Origin: Coriobacteriia bacterium
GTDB lineage: Bacteria > Actinomycetota > Coriobacteriia > WRKU01 > WQUG01
Assembly (NCBI GenBank): GCA_009785795.1
Contig: WQVN01000001.1
Coordinates: forward strand, 25,487-89,486
Direction of reading: 5' to 3'
DNA length: 64,000 nucleotides
Shown here: positions 30,358-40,402 of the stretch, in pieces
Layout: every line of letters begins with the position of its first letter
Position numbering within the stretch: position 1 is the stretch's first letter
Program-made: the position numbers and the translations under genes
Notes under the pieces: model-generated
Databases searched by the model: none
Seen by the model: only the letters and a program-made list of their open reading frames with translations
What the model was told of the DNA's origin: nothing

Positions 30358-30894
30358 CTATGCTCCGTCGTCCCGTGCAGCTTTGTATCTGTCGTGGAAT
30401 TCTTGTAGTGTGCCTACGATTACTTCAGGCTTGATGAATGAGAAGGAAAGTCCGATTAGCAAAGTCGGAGCCTCTTCCCATCCTGTTACTACTTCTGTTG
30501 CCGTTTGCGAAATTGCGCCTGCTCCTACAATTCCTTTCGCCTTGGGTGCAAAAATTGCCACATGTTTATGCTTTGTGCCCCGAACAGACTGTGTAACTAT
30601 CTCAAACCTCTCAACATCTTTCCACCGAACAAAGTTTTCGCCCCACCCATAAGGAACAGTGATGCCTTTGCTTGACGCGATAACGATCGGCTTTCGCATT
30701 TTTGCTATAACAAAAAACAGTCCGCCGCCGCCAAAAAAGATTATACCTACAATAGCAATAAATCTTTCAAAGGCATCCCCCAGTTCTAGTCGTAATATAA
30801 ATACGCAAATCGCCACAAAAGCAGAACATGCTAGGATGAACAAAATATTTCCCAGCAAGGGACGTCTTATCTCGATCTTTTGTGGCTCTTGCAT
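30358..30894 (-). CDS. Membrane protein with a bacterial PH-like (bPH_2/DUF304-type) domain.
   Basis: Two N-terminal TM helices are followed by a soluble domain. Confidence 0.5.
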   Translation of the reverse strand: MQEPQKIEIRRPLLGNILFILACSAFVAICVFILRLELGDAFERFIAIVGIIFFGGGGLFFVIAKMRKPIVIASSKGITVPYGWGENFVRWKDVERFEIVTQSVRGTKHKHVAIFAPKAKGIVGAGAISQTATEVVTGWEEAPTLLIGLSFSFIKPEVIVGTLQEFHDRYKAARDDGA

Positions 30895-30943
30895 GGTAAT
30901 TATTTCTCCGCCAATTCTAGTCAGGCTCTAACTAGATTTGATA

Positions 30944-31480
30944 TTACGAGCGGTGTATGAGGGTTGATGCCTTCTGATTGGGCTCTGCTTGTTTAATGAT
31001 AGATTTGCGTATTCTTGACAGGACAAGCGCTATAAGAAGCATAAACGCGCCACTGCCACCAAAAGCACCCATGAATATCCAGCCCAGAATTGAATACAGC
31101 GATCGTTCGTAATCGACAGGTATGGCTCTGCCACTGTCAGTTACGCGAATCTGGATTGTGGTGCCCACCATGTCTTCAGCTTCAGCTTGTGTGTATACTG
31201 GGTTGGTTTGCGCGCTCTTGCCATCCCATTCAAACGCAGCACGATACATTGTCACGCCATTTAGTGTGCTATTAGTGCGCACAGGCTGTGTCACAACTGC
31301 CATCTGAACAGGCAAATCTTGATTTTGCGCAATTGCCAAATCCCGTGACTCTGGATAAGCAAGTCCCAGCATTGTTGCTGTGCCTGCAACCAGAAAGAAT
31401 GTGCCCAGCGCAAAGGTTACGATACCTGCAATCTGCAGTGACGTTGCTGTAAATTTTGAATCCAGTGTTAGTTGTATCAT
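30944..31480 (-). CDS. DUF3592-family membrane protein.
   Basis: Two TM helices flank a beta-rich extracytoplasmic domain. Confidence 0.55.
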   Translation of the reverse strand: MIQLTLDSKFTATSLQIAGIVTFALGTFFLVAGTATMLGLAYPESRDLAIAQNQDLPVQMAVVTQPVRTNSTLNGVTMYRAAFEWDGKSAQTNPVYTQAEAEDMVGTTIQIRVTDSGRAIPVDYERSLYSILGWIFMGAFGGSGAFMLLIALVLSRIRKSIIKQAEPNQKASTLIHRS

Positions 31481-31584
31481 GCTGCAATTGTATCATCTAG
31501 CTTCAGCTGCTTTGCTCCACCACAGGTAAGTTCTCTCGCTTACTCTGTCCAGTCATTGACATCTCCATACTGGCAATGTATCAT

Positions 31585-31615
31585 TTATGTGACCGAATAG
31601 TAAAGATGGTCATAT
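31585..31615. promoter_or_regulatory. Imperfect palindrome TATGTGACC-N13-GGTCATATA, a putative TetR operator.
   Basis: It lies in the divergent promoter region between the DUF3592 gene and the TetR gene. Eight of nine positions are inverted-repeat matches. Confidence 0.35.
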
Positions 31616-31634
31616 AAATTGAAGGGTTAGGATT

Positions 31635-32243
31635 GTGCCAAAGTTCAGCGAGTCAGAAAAAGTTGCTATACGAGAAAAACTACTTGCCAAGGGAGAGCAG
31701 CTTTTTATCCAGCATGGATTCAAAAAAGTAACCGTCGAAGACTTAACAAAAGAAGTGGGAATTGCAAAGGGATCTTTTTATTCTTTCTATAAAAATAAAG
31801 AGCATCTTTATGCTGAAATTCTGCTTGGCATACAGAGGAAAGTGCTCGCTGATGCAGAAATCTTTTTGCAGAAAAACCACACACTGCCCTCAAGGCAGCT
31901 GGTAAAGGACTTAACTCTTTGGTCTTTTAAAGAGACAGAGAAATACCCCCTACTGTTACAACAAGATGCAGAACTCATCAGCCATCTATCACGCAAGCTA
32001 GCAGAAGAGACCTACCCTGATATCGATGAGGAAATGATGCGCATGCTTGTAGTACGCGGAGTGAAGTTTAGACACGATCTGAAACTTATTACAGAAGTGT
32101 CTCAAACTCTCACCATTACCTTTTTTGATCTACGGAGTCGCAAAGGCTCAAAAGGTGTCGAGGCAATAATGAGCATCCTTATCGATGCTGTTGCCAATGA
32201 GATCGTACGTGATGATGAGCAACTCACAGGCTGCTCACAATAA
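31635..32243 (+). CDS. TetR-family transcriptional regulator.
   Basis: It has an N-terminal HTH (VTVEDLTKEVGIAKGSFYSFY). Confidence 0.8.
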   Translation: MPKFSESEKVAIREKLLAKGEQLFIQHGFKKVTVEDLTKEVGIAKGSFYSFYKNKEHLYAEILLGIQRKVLADAEIFLQKNHTLPSRQLVKDLTLWSFKETEKYPLLLQQDAELISHLSRKLAEETYPDIDEEMMRMLVVRGVKFRHDLKLITEVSQTLTITFFDLRSRKGSKGVEAIMSILIDAVANEIVRDDEQLTGCSQ

Positions 32244-32262
32244 TACGGAAAGAACAATAACA

Positions 32263-33327
32263 ATGAAGTTAAATTTAAAGGACTACGGATTAAGCGAGCG
32301 CTATGAGCAAGAAGCGACCCTTTATGAGGATCTCTCTTTGGCGCGCGTCACTGAACAACATCGCGACGCATGTAGAGTGGTATGCGAAGCTGGCGAAATA
32401 AGTGCTAGTGTATCAGGCAAGTTTGCCCACAAGGCTCATGATAGAACAGAGTTCCCAGCAGTGGGTGATTGGGTCATGATTGATGGTACAGAAGAAGACA
32501 CTGACAATGCAATTATTCATCAAGTCCTGCGCCGAAAAAGCGAACTTTCAAGACAGTCCGCAGGTACTGGTGTCTCTGGCCAAGTTATTGCGGCAAACAT
32601 CGACACCGTTTTTATCTGCATGTCGCTTAATGCAGACTTCAACTTGCGCAGATTGGAGCGCTATCTGGCTCTGGTCTGGGACAGTATGGCAACCCCGGTA
32701 ATTGTGCTTACAAAGTCTGATTTATGCGATGACTTGCCACAAAAACTTGATGAGATCGAAACAGTAAGCATTGGAGTAGAGGTAATTGTGTGCTCCTCTA
32801 ACACTGAAGATGGCTACAAAGACATCGCAGCACAGGTCAGCAAGAGAGAGACAATCGCACTGATTGGCTCATCTGGTGTCGGTAAGTCAACTCTCATTAA
32901 TCGTCTCGCGGGAGAAGATGTGATGGCAGCACAAAGAACACGTCAAGACGACAAAGGTAGGCACACCACAACACACCGCCAACTATTATCTCTGCCTTGT
33001 GGTGGTATCGTCATCGACACGCCAGGGATGCGCGAGCTTCAAATGCTGGGTGGTAACATCTCAAAGACTTTCGAAGACATCGAAGAGATTGCTACAGGAT
33101 GCAAGTTCCGCGACTGCTCGCATGACAGCGAGACAGGATGCGCCATCAAAAAGGCAATCGCAAGCGGTACGCTATCATGCGAGCGCTTCGCAAGCTATCA
33201 AAAATTGCAGCGCGAAGTAAGGTACAGCAGCCTTACTTCGCGGCAAATTGAAAACGAAAAGTTCATAGGATGGTTTGGCAGTAAAAATGAAATAAAACAG
33301 TTCAAGCGCCACCTTAAAAAGAGATAA
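32263..33327 (+). CDS. rsgA: Ribosome small-subunit biogenesis GTPase RsgA (circularly permuted).
   Basis: It has G4-G1-G3 order (LTKSDL ... GSSGVGKSTL ... DTPG) and a C-terminal zinc finger (CKFRDCSHDSETGC). The start is reassigned to MKLNLKDYG after a GGAAAGAA RBS. Confidence 0.85.
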   Translation: MKLNLKDYGLSERYEQEATLYEDLSLARVTEQHRDACRVVCEAGEISASVSGKFAHKAHDRTEFPAVGDWVMIDGTEEDTDNAIIHQVLRRKSELSRQSAGTGVSGQVIAANIDTVFICMSLNADFNLRRLERYLALVWDSMATPVIVLTKSDLCDDLPQKLDEIETVSIGVEVIVCSSNTEDGYKDIAAQVSKRETIALIGSSGVGKSTLINRLAGEDVMAAQRTRQDDKGRHTTTHRQLLSLPCGGIVIDTPGMRELQMLGGNISKTFEDIEEIATGCKFRDCSHDSETGCAIKKAIASGTLSCERFASYQKLQREVRYSSLTSRQIENEKFIGWFGSKNEIKQFKRHLKKR

Positions 33328-33470
33328 TTATACTTTTCTCCACTGCTATGCAGCTGCACATCGACAATGCGAGTAAGGCAAGCACGATGCACAGCAATCA
33401 CCTTGTCACACGCAACGTAGTAATATGTACTGTAGGTTCGTGCGGGACAAAGTAAAGGCAGGGTACAAAT

Positions 33471-34031
33471 ATGCTTGAAACAAAAAAGATAACACGCGGA
33501 TTTGTTGATCAGGATTTGATTTTGCATGATTTGACAAATCAATTTCCCCGCGAACAACACGTTCCATATGCGATTCTAATGCGACGAGTCGAGCAGGGCT
33601 ACGCTGACTTTCTAGCCTTTTATGATGGAAGCAAATATGTTGGACTTGCCTACTGCATTGTACGCGCTGACATAATGTACGTCTTGTTTCTGGCAGTGTC
33701 AGAAGCGGTACACTCCAAAGGTTACGGTGGGCAAATTATTGATACGCTCAAAGCATGCTATCAGGGCAAAAAGATTGTGCTCAATATAGAGGAACCAAAT
33801 GAAAGTGCTCCTAATGCGCAACAGCGTGTGCGTCGCAAGATATTCTACGAAAGACATGGCTTCAAAGTCGCTGATTTTCGCGTAATCGAAAGTGGCGCTA
33901 TCTATGAAGTCATGGTTTACAGAGGAACCTGTACACCCATTGAATACAAGACAATGCTTCGCATATTAAAGGGACCTGTGTTAAGCATCTTTATCAAGTC
34001 AAAGATTCTCAATGCAAGTGAGACCACATAG
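33471..34031 (+). CDS. GNAT-family N-acetyltransferase.
   Basis: It has a Q/RxxGxG/A-like acetyl-CoA motif (HSKGYGGQII). Confidence 0.65.
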   Translation: MLETKKITRGFVDQDLILHDLTNQFPREQHVPYAILMRRVEQGYADFLAFYDGSKYVGLAYCIVRADIMYVLFLAVSEAVHSKGYGGQIIDTLKACYQGKKIVLNIEEPNESAPNAQQRVRRKIFYERHGFKVADFRVIESGAIYEVMVYRGTCTPIEYKTMLRILKGPVLSIFIKSKILNASETT

Positions 34032-34112
34032 ATATTTCAATTGCGTGATGGGTTCGTACAGGCTGCATCAGTCTCTGTCAAAGCATGCACGCAAGCTTGC
34101 TTTAACCTGCTC

Positions 34113-34733
34113 CTAGGCAAGGCTTCTGCAAAATTTACAGATAGTGCCTGCTTGGACTGTTGCTCCACAACCCTTGCATCGCACTGCAGTTTGCTGCTGT
34201 GAGCTTTCGTCCTGAACATTTGCAGCAGGAGCAGAATCTTTAATGCCTGACTGAAGCAGCATAACGATTTGCTTTACTGCCTGAACCAGATTTTCTGCTT
34301 GATTTTTTTGTGCCGACATGGTGAGGTGTTTCCGCAGTATCACACCCGCCTTGATGTGCACATGTATTTCAGCTGGACTCAGTACTCCCCCGCGCTGAAA
34401 GTCTACCGAAGAAATATCTGAAATTTCTACAAAAGAATTGGAGTCAGCTATATTTTTTCCATAGAAACGTTTTGTGGTCAACAGAAAACCATCTCTTGCA
34501 GAACCCCAAAGAGTATCATCGTAGAGCATGATCACTGTCTCGTCACTTCCCATTGTTTGAGCATAACTTGTAACAGCGTTTCCCAGTTTTCTCGGCGGAA
34601 TTCCGTTAAGTGTATATACTCTGTGCAGATTTCCTGTTTGAGGAGCAACTGCTGCAATTTGGTTCATTAATTCTTGGGTTAAAACCACTTGTTTCCCCAC
34701 AATTTCATCCCTATCTACTTGCCCATCAGCCAC
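34113..34733 (-). CDS. Hypothetical protein with a PH/GRAM-like core and a C-terminal zinc ribbon (paralog 2).
   Basis: It is 206 aa and paralogous to 29724-30326. Confidence 0.6.
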   Translation of the reverse strand: MADGQVDRDEIVGKQVVLTQELMNQIAAVAPQTGNLHRVYTLNGIPPRKLGNAVTSYAQTMGSDETVIMLYDDTLWGSARDGFLLTTKRFYGKNIADSNSFVEISDISSVDFQRGGVLSPAEIHVHIKAGVILRKHLTMSAQKNQAENLVQAVKQIVMLLQSGIKDSAPAANVQDESSQQQTAVRCKGCGATVQAGTICKFCRSLA

Positions 34734-34868
34734 AAGATTATAAAATGCTTACAGTCCAACTCCAATTTGATATACAGCCCTCAAAGTGCCTGCGTTACGT
34801 GCAAGCAAAGGAATGCAGTACCATTGAAACAGTGTATATAATTATAATCAACCAATATGGGAGGAATC

Positions 34869-35234
34869 ATGAAAACGTTAGGCAATATTATCTGGTTCAT
34901 TTTTGGCGGTCTACCTATGGGCCTAAGCTGGCTGTTTATTGGGGCTCTCTGGTGCATTACCATTATTGGAATTCCTATTGGCAAGCAGTGCTTTAAGCTG
35001 GCATCCATAGCATTTTTCCCCTTTAAGAAAGAAGTTGAATTAGGAGGAGGAGCTCCATCACTCCTACTAAATATTCTATGGATAGTTTTCGGTGGCTTCA
35101 TGCTAGCAATCGAAGCTTTTCTACTGGGCATACTATTTTGCATCACCATTATTGGTATTCCCTTTGGCAAACAATGCTTTAAGCTGGCAAAGCTATCCCT
35201 TATGCCTTTTGGCGCAGAAATAGTCCACACATAA
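34869..35234 (+). CDS. YccF-family (DUF307) inner membrane protein with the typical two-repeat structure.
   Basis: It has an internal duplication of the ITIIGIPxGKQCFKLA unit. A GGAGGAA RBS precedes the ATG at 34869. Confidence 0.7.
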   Translation: MKTLGNIIWFIFGGLPMGLSWLFIGALWCITIIGIPIGKQCFKLASIAFFPFKKEVELGGGAPSLLLNILWIVFGGFMLAIEAFLLGILFCITIIGIPFGKQCFKLAKLSLMPFGAEIVHT

Positions 35235-35314
35235 TAACTGCGGCGCTACCTTATTGTGAAATAAAATGTTCGTGACAGAAATACTCGCTACGATATAAGG
35301 AGCATCGAAACGCT

Positions 35315-36112
35315 ATGAAAGCTCTGTTCACCCTTACTTCTGCAGAATCAAAGCGACTTATCGCAAAAGCTGTCGCTGCCTTGCCTGAGGTACAAAATGC
35401 TCTCACAGGTGGCATGATTATCATAGGTGCTGGCACAACTAATGCTTTTGTGCTTGAGGAACTGACAGGCAAACCTGTAGACAAGGCACGCTACACTGCA
35501 GGAATCGTCTCTGCGGGACGGCAGTGCATAACTCCCGCAGATGAACGAATTGCACCTGCAGTTCTTATTGGCGGAAAGGCAAGCGACTTGAATTGGGAAG
35601 AGGCCGTCCAAAAAATGACCGCCGATGACGTATTTATCAAGGGTGGCAATGCCATCGATGCAAATGGAGTTGTCGGCGTACAACTCGCACATCCCGAAGG
35701 AGGCACTATTGGCAAAGCACTGCCTATAGTAGTTGCTCGTGGAGCACACTTAATTTTGCCTGTGGGTCTTGAAAAGCTTATCCCCGATGTAGTGCTTGCT
35801 GCTGATGTTTCTGGCATCCAAACATTTAATCTATCGATTGGCATGAAAGTAGGACTTATGCCGGTGACCTATGGACAAGCAATAACTGAAATTGATGCAC
35901 TTGAAAAACTTGCAAAAATCGATGCCTACTGCATCTCTGCTGGCGGCATTGATGGCTCTGAAGGATCAATAGCTCTCGCTATCGAAGGCGCATCAAACGA
36001 AGTTGAAAACGTCTTCGGACTGGTAAAAAGCATTAAGGGAGAGCAGCCCGTAAGCGCAATCAAGCTAAAATGCTCAAAATGCGCGAACAGGTGCGATTAT
36101 CCTGGCACCTAG
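35315..36112 (+). CDS. Hypothetical protein.
   Basis: The ORF is 265 aa with a Gly-rich GGMIIIGAGTTNAF segment and a C-terminal CSKCANRC. I do not recognise it. Confidence 0.45.
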   Translation: MKALFTLTSAESKRLIAKAVAALPEVQNALTGGMIIIGAGTTNAFVLEELTGKPVDKARYTAGIVSAGRQCITPADERIAPAVLIGGKASDLNWEEAVQKMTADDVFIKGGNAIDANGVVGVQLAHPEGGTIGKALPIVVARGAHLILPVGLEKLIPDVVLAADVSGIQTFNLSIGMKVGLMPVTYGQAITEIDALEKLAKIDAYCISAGGIDGSEGSIALAIEGASNEVENVFGLVKSIKGEQPVSAIKLKCSKCANRCDYPGT

Positions 36113-36138
36113 ACAATAATGCACTGGGTAGCATGCCC

Positions 36139-37266
36139 TTAGGTATTGACAATAGCCAAGAACGCTTTTGACTTCAGCATTTTCTTTGTAACGCGCTTTA
36201 AGCAAACTTCTGGATTTTTCAAGCTTTCCTCAACAGAGCTACCTTTGCTGATCTCAAAGACTGTTATACCATGCCTGCACAGCAGATCTTCTGACGCATC
36301 ATTTATTCCGCATATTGAGACTATGGGAACATCCCCACTACTATGCAGAATGCCCGAAAGAACTTTACCGGAAAAACTCTGGTTATCAAGTTTACCCTCC
36401 CCCGTAATAATGAGATCGGCACCCGCAAAATGTTTTTCAAAGTTACAAAGGCTAAGGATAGTATCAATTCCATTCCTTAGATTCCCACCTAAAAATACCA
36501 TGCTGCCAAACCCTAGACCACCTGCAGCGCCTGCGCCAGGAACAGCTGCATAATCACTTCCGAAGGTCTGTTTGCATATTTCACTTACATGGCGCAAGCC
36601 TTGATCAAGCATGCAAACTTCTATAGAATTTGCACCTTTTTGAGGACTGTAGACATAGGCTGCTCCACTTTCTCCATACAAGGGATTATCAACATCACAC
36701 AGTACGGTAAATGTGCTGTCTTTGACCCAAGGATTAATGTCGCTTACGTCAATGCGTACTATTTTGTGCAGTGTCGCACCACTGGGAACAAAGGATTGCC
36801 CTGCACTGTCAAGAAATTGTACTCCGAGGGCAGCTGCCATGCCACATCCTGCATCAGTACTTGCACTGCCACCTATGCATAGAAAGAAGTTTCGCAGTCC
36901 CCGATTAAGAGCAGTTACAATAAGCTGCCCAAAACCATAAGTGCTCGACGTCATGGGATGTAGACCAACTTGCCTGGTGATTCCCGTGCTTTGGGCGATT
37001 TCTAGAACAGCAATGTTGTCAGCCGCCACTCCAAAATATGCTTTTATGTTCCTGTTGTCAGGAGACTGTACCTGCACATATTCAAAAGTTCCACCCACTG
37101 CTGCAACAATCACTTCAACACTACCCTCGCCACCGTCTGCCACTGGCAGTTTCTCGACCTTTAGCCTTGGATAGTGCCGTGTAACTTCAGCAGCAATTAC
37201 GTCAGCAACCTGTTTGGCACTCAGCGTTCCCTTAAAGCTGTCGGGTGCAATAAGTATCTTTTTCAC
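36139..37266 (-). CDS. glxK: Glycerate kinase.
   Basis: It begins MKKILIAPDSFKGTLSAKQVA and has the glycerate kinase family fold. Confidence 0.85.
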   Translation of the reverse strand: MKKILIAPDSFKGTLSAKQVADVIAAEVTRHYPRLKVEKLPVADGGEGSVEVIVAAVGGTFEYVQVQSPDNRNIKAYFGVAADNIAVLEIAQSTGITRQVGLHPMTSSTYGFGQLIVTALNRGLRNFFLCIGGSASTDAGCGMAAALGVQFLDSAGQSFVPSGATLHKIVRIDVSDINPWVKDSTFTVLCDVDNPLYGESGAAYVYSPQKGANSIEVCMLDQGLRHVSEICKQTFGSDYAAVPGAGAAGGLGFGSMVFLGGNLRNGIDTILSLCNFEKHFAGADLIITGEGKLDNQSFSGKVLSGILHSSGDVPIVSICGINDASEDLLCRHGITVFEISKGSSVEESLKNPEVCLKRVTKKMLKSKAFLAIVNT

Positions 37267-37336
37267 CGCTGCATCATCCTGCTAATCACAACTTGTCTCA
37301 ACTTGTCACAGAGCTGGACGTACTCTGCCAGCTTTA

Positions 37337-38587
37337 TCATGCACGCTCTAACCCAAGTCTCTCATTCTTTGCCCTCCAGTAGCGCGTATAGCGATTTTTG
37401 CCAGAAAGCATCTGCCAGTCTTTATCATAGAATTCATCAATCAGCGATTGCTCATCTCTATTGGCACTGGCAGAAAGTGCAGCAAGATCATCTGGACTGG
37501 GATTGTCAGAACTCATAATTTGCTCTTCTTGAGCAAACCACTGTTGTTCTAAAGTTCTGATTCTTTTGCGAAGTGCAGCAACATCAATCTTTCCTGCTAT
37601 GACTGCTCGGTGCAGGTGCTCACGCCGCAACCAGTAATCGAGACTCTGCATCGCGTCGTCAAAAAGCGGCGGAGTAGAAGAGCTCCAAAACACAGGCTTA
37701 AACGCAGATATGCAAGGCGTCGAAGATCCCGTAAGCCACAAGGTAATTGGTTTGCGCTCACGCAATGTTAGCACTATAGATCCCGTAGTGTGATCACCAA
37801 TCATGCCACCTGCATGCATGCACACACTTCCTGTGCTCTTGCGGGAGAATTCTTTTCCGTCAAGGCCTTCTTCATGTGTTCGAAGAATCTCTATCAGGCC
37901 TCTTGCGCCAGCCGTGGGCTGCAGACCACATTCTGCTTGATGTCTACGCTGCTTCGATTCAGCAAAATATGAGCGAATTGGCTCGGTATAGGAGCGAGCA
38001 AAATCTTCGCCAGGCGCAATACCTGCCTGTGCAATATGATTAGTTCCAATGCAAAGACGATTCGAAATAGCATACGCATCTTTTACTTCTGCTAGCGCAT
38101 AATTTTTGGCAGAGGTCTCCAGCACAAAACTGCGTGTAGGATCACTAATCAGAAAGCTGTTATCGTAGTGGAATTCTTTATCAAAGCCGCAATTGCCTCC
38201 TTGACCATACTGCAGCAGCAGATCAACTATCAGTTTGGCCGCTTCGAGAGCTGTACCCGTACGTTCAAGCGCCAGGCGGAGCAAATCCATTCCAATTAGA
38301 GATGGTTTTCCTCGCTTTGCTTTTGTGAACACCGCCTCATTACCAATTGCAACACGGGCATCATTCACGCCCATTTCAGCACCCCACATCCATGAAGGTT
38401 TGCAGATGATTATTTCTCGAGTCTGCTCTACCTGAGGAATATCGATGTAGGTGCATTTAAGCGTAGTGCCAGGCGCATGGCGCATGGCAGAAACGCGCAA
38501 GGTTAGCAATGGCTCATTGGGACTCCGGTCACTGTTCTTAGCAAAATAGCCCAGCCCGTCAGAGCTGAAGCCTGACATAATGCACAT
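37337..38587 (-). CDS. C69-family (dipeptidase A / secernin-like) cysteine peptidase.
   Basis: It has a Cys nucleophile directly after the Met (MCIMSGFSSDG...AKNSDRSPNEP). The start is trimmed to the second Met. Confidence 0.6.
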   Translation of the reverse strand: MCIMSGFSSDGLGYFAKNSDRSPNEPLLTLRVSAMRHAPGTTLKCTYIDIPQVEQTREIIICKPSWMWGAEMGVNDARVAIGNEAVFTKAKRGKPSLIGMDLLRLALERTGTALEAAKLIVDLLLQYGQGGNCGFDKEFHYDNSFLISDPTRSFVLETSAKNYALAEVKDAYAISNRLCIGTNHIAQAGIAPGEDFARSYTEPIRSYFAESKQRRHQAECGLQPTAGARGLIEILRTHEEGLDGKEFSRKSTGSVCMHAGGMIGDHTTGSIVLTLRERKPITLWLTGSSTPCISAFKPVFWSSSTPPLFDDAMQSLDYWLRREHLHRAVIAGKIDVAALRKRIRTLEQQWFAQEEQIMSSDNPSPDDLAALSASANRDEQSLIDEFYDKDWQMLSGKNRYTRYWRAKNERLGLERA

Positions 38588-38726
38588 AGTGTCACACATT
38601 GCTGCCTCCTTGTTTGGCTAAGGGTCATCTGCCGCACTGCAAAGTGGGCTAATCTTAGTTCAAGACATTACCAGCAGAACGTGCTCAATGCAGCTATACA
38701 TGTTTGCTCTACAACCTACTGCACGT

Positions 38727-39455
38727 CTATTGCGTGTCTGCGAAACCCTGTTCCATTTTTTCAATGATGCTTTGTGCTGCCTCGCGCCTGGTTTTCCCAT
38801 CTTGCGGAGCAGTAATTGGTCTACCAACTACTAAAAAGTCAGCACCTGCCTTGATGGCAGCATCTGCCGACATCTTTCTTTTTTGGTCATCTGACGGAGC
38901 ATCCTCATCACGAATGCCTGGTGATATGACAAGTAATTTGCCTTCAGTTTCTTCTTTGATAATCCCTGCTTCATGCGCCGAGGAAATCACTCCGTTAGCC
39001 CCATATTTGAGCCCGTTTTTTGCACGAGTCAAAACTAAATCTTCAAGGGGCACTGGATATCCCATCTCACTTAAGTCTTCCTGGTCAAGACTTGTAAGTA
39101 CCGTAACCAGCAGAATCTGTAAATCACTGTCCCCTTTTCCTCTTACCGCACCGCGGATTATTTCGCTATTGCCATGAACTGTTAAAAAGGTGACACCCAG
39201 TTGAGCTGCCTGACGCACTGCCTGCTCAACAGTTTCTGATATGTCATAGTATTTCAAATCGAGAAAAACACGCTTGCCTGAATCAAGCAGCAGGTTCACA
39301 ATCTCAAGTCCGCTCGCCAAATGAAGGGTAATGCCAATCTTGAAGAACGAAACTACCCCGTCTAGCTCATCAATAATCGCCTTAACTTCATCTACATCTG
39401 CGGTATCCAAAGCACAAATTAAGCGCTCAGAAACTGCTAAATCTTTTATGTCCAT
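38727..39455 (-). CDS. pyrF: Orotidine 5'-phosphate decarboxylase.
   Basis: It has the RLICALD ... DLKYYDI ... LVISPGIR motifs. Confidence 0.85.
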   Translation of the reverse strand: MDIKDLAVSERLICALDTADVDEVKAIIDELDGVVSFFKIGITLHLASGLEIVNLLLDSGKRVFLDLKYYDISETVEQAVRQAAQLGVTFLTVHGNSEIIRGAVRGKGDSDLQILLVTVLTSLDQEDLSEMGYPVPLEDLVLTRAKNGLKYGANGVISSAHEAGIIKEETEGKLLVISPGIRDEDAPSDDQKRKMSADAAIKAGADFLVVGRPITAPQDGKTRREAAQSIIEKMEQGFADTQ

Positions 39456-39592
39456 TATTCATTCTTTCTCGACATTAGTTGGCAACTGCAGTATAACGGT
39501 ATCATAGTATCACGATGCAGTAATTCCACTATTCGGTATACTTTTATTCTGGCAGTACATCAAGGCAAACGTGTTGGAGAGGACTCCCATCC

Positions 39593-40288
39593 ATGAGATA
39601 CAAAATTGTCTTAATTGTCGTAGCAATTGTGGGCTTCTTTGTCTGCCTAACATTGCATTTCTACTTTTTTCACGATATTGACGGACTGCTGATAAATCTC
39701 GCTGCAGTCTTTCTGCAAATTTTGATTGCGATACTCTTAGTTGATTATCTGCTTGACCGCGATGAGCGCGTCAGATGGAAAGGTTTTGAAGAAAAGGTTC
39801 AGAAGAAAATTATTGCGCTTGCAAACTTTACGATACTTGAGATTCGTGGGATGCTGGGAATAACATTTGATCAGGGCACTGCTACAAACATTCCTGCACT
39901 TGACTCGTTAGAAATCAACAAAGCAATCTACTCTGAAATGCACGGCAAAGGGCAAGACTTCACTGCGCTGATGCATGATTTCACACCTGAGCAATGGGCA
40001 TCACTCGTCAAAGGACTGCGCCTAATATCTTCTGAAGTTGAGCGAACAATGTTGCTGTACTTTTCCAGGCTTAACCCCAAACAACTTGAACTGCTTTCAG
40101 AAATGAAAGAAAAGATTGATCTAATAATATTGTTTCCAGAAGTTTTTCCAGACATCGTTGGAAACTTGCGACAGGACACAGTGACAGAAAAGCCAAATTC
40201 CCCTCTGATTAAAGAGCAGATTGTCCAAAGAACCGCAGACAGAATGAGGGAACTACTTGCTTTGTCGGCTGAACTAGTCAAAACCTAG
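39593..40288 (+). CDS. Hypothetical membrane protein.
   Basis: The ORF is 231 aa with two N-terminal TM helices. Confidence 0.45.
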   Translation: MRYKIVLIVVAIVGFFVCLTLHFYFFHDIDGLLINLAAVFLQILIAILLVDYLLDRDERVRWKGFEEKVQKKIIALANFTILEIRGMLGITFDQGTATNIPALDSLEINKAIYSEMHGKGQDFTALMHDFTPEQWASLVKGLRLISSEVERTMLLYFSRLNPKQLELLSEMKEKIDLIILFPEVFPDIVGNLRQDTVTEKPNSPLIKEQIVQRTADRMRELLALSAELVKT

Positions 40289-40402
40289 CCATGTGCAAAA
40301 GCGCATCTGGCACTTAGATCAGACAAGCATCGCCACATAAAAGGGGCTGCGCTTTTAGCAACCCCTCTGTTAGTTTATGGACGTACTCTTCCGCCTTTGC
40401 TT

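Noticed and set aside
33471-34031. GNAT acetyltransferase as a possible toxin of a GNAT/RHH toxin-antitoxin pair.
   Set aside because: No small upstream antitoxin-like ORF is present in the 143-nt leader.
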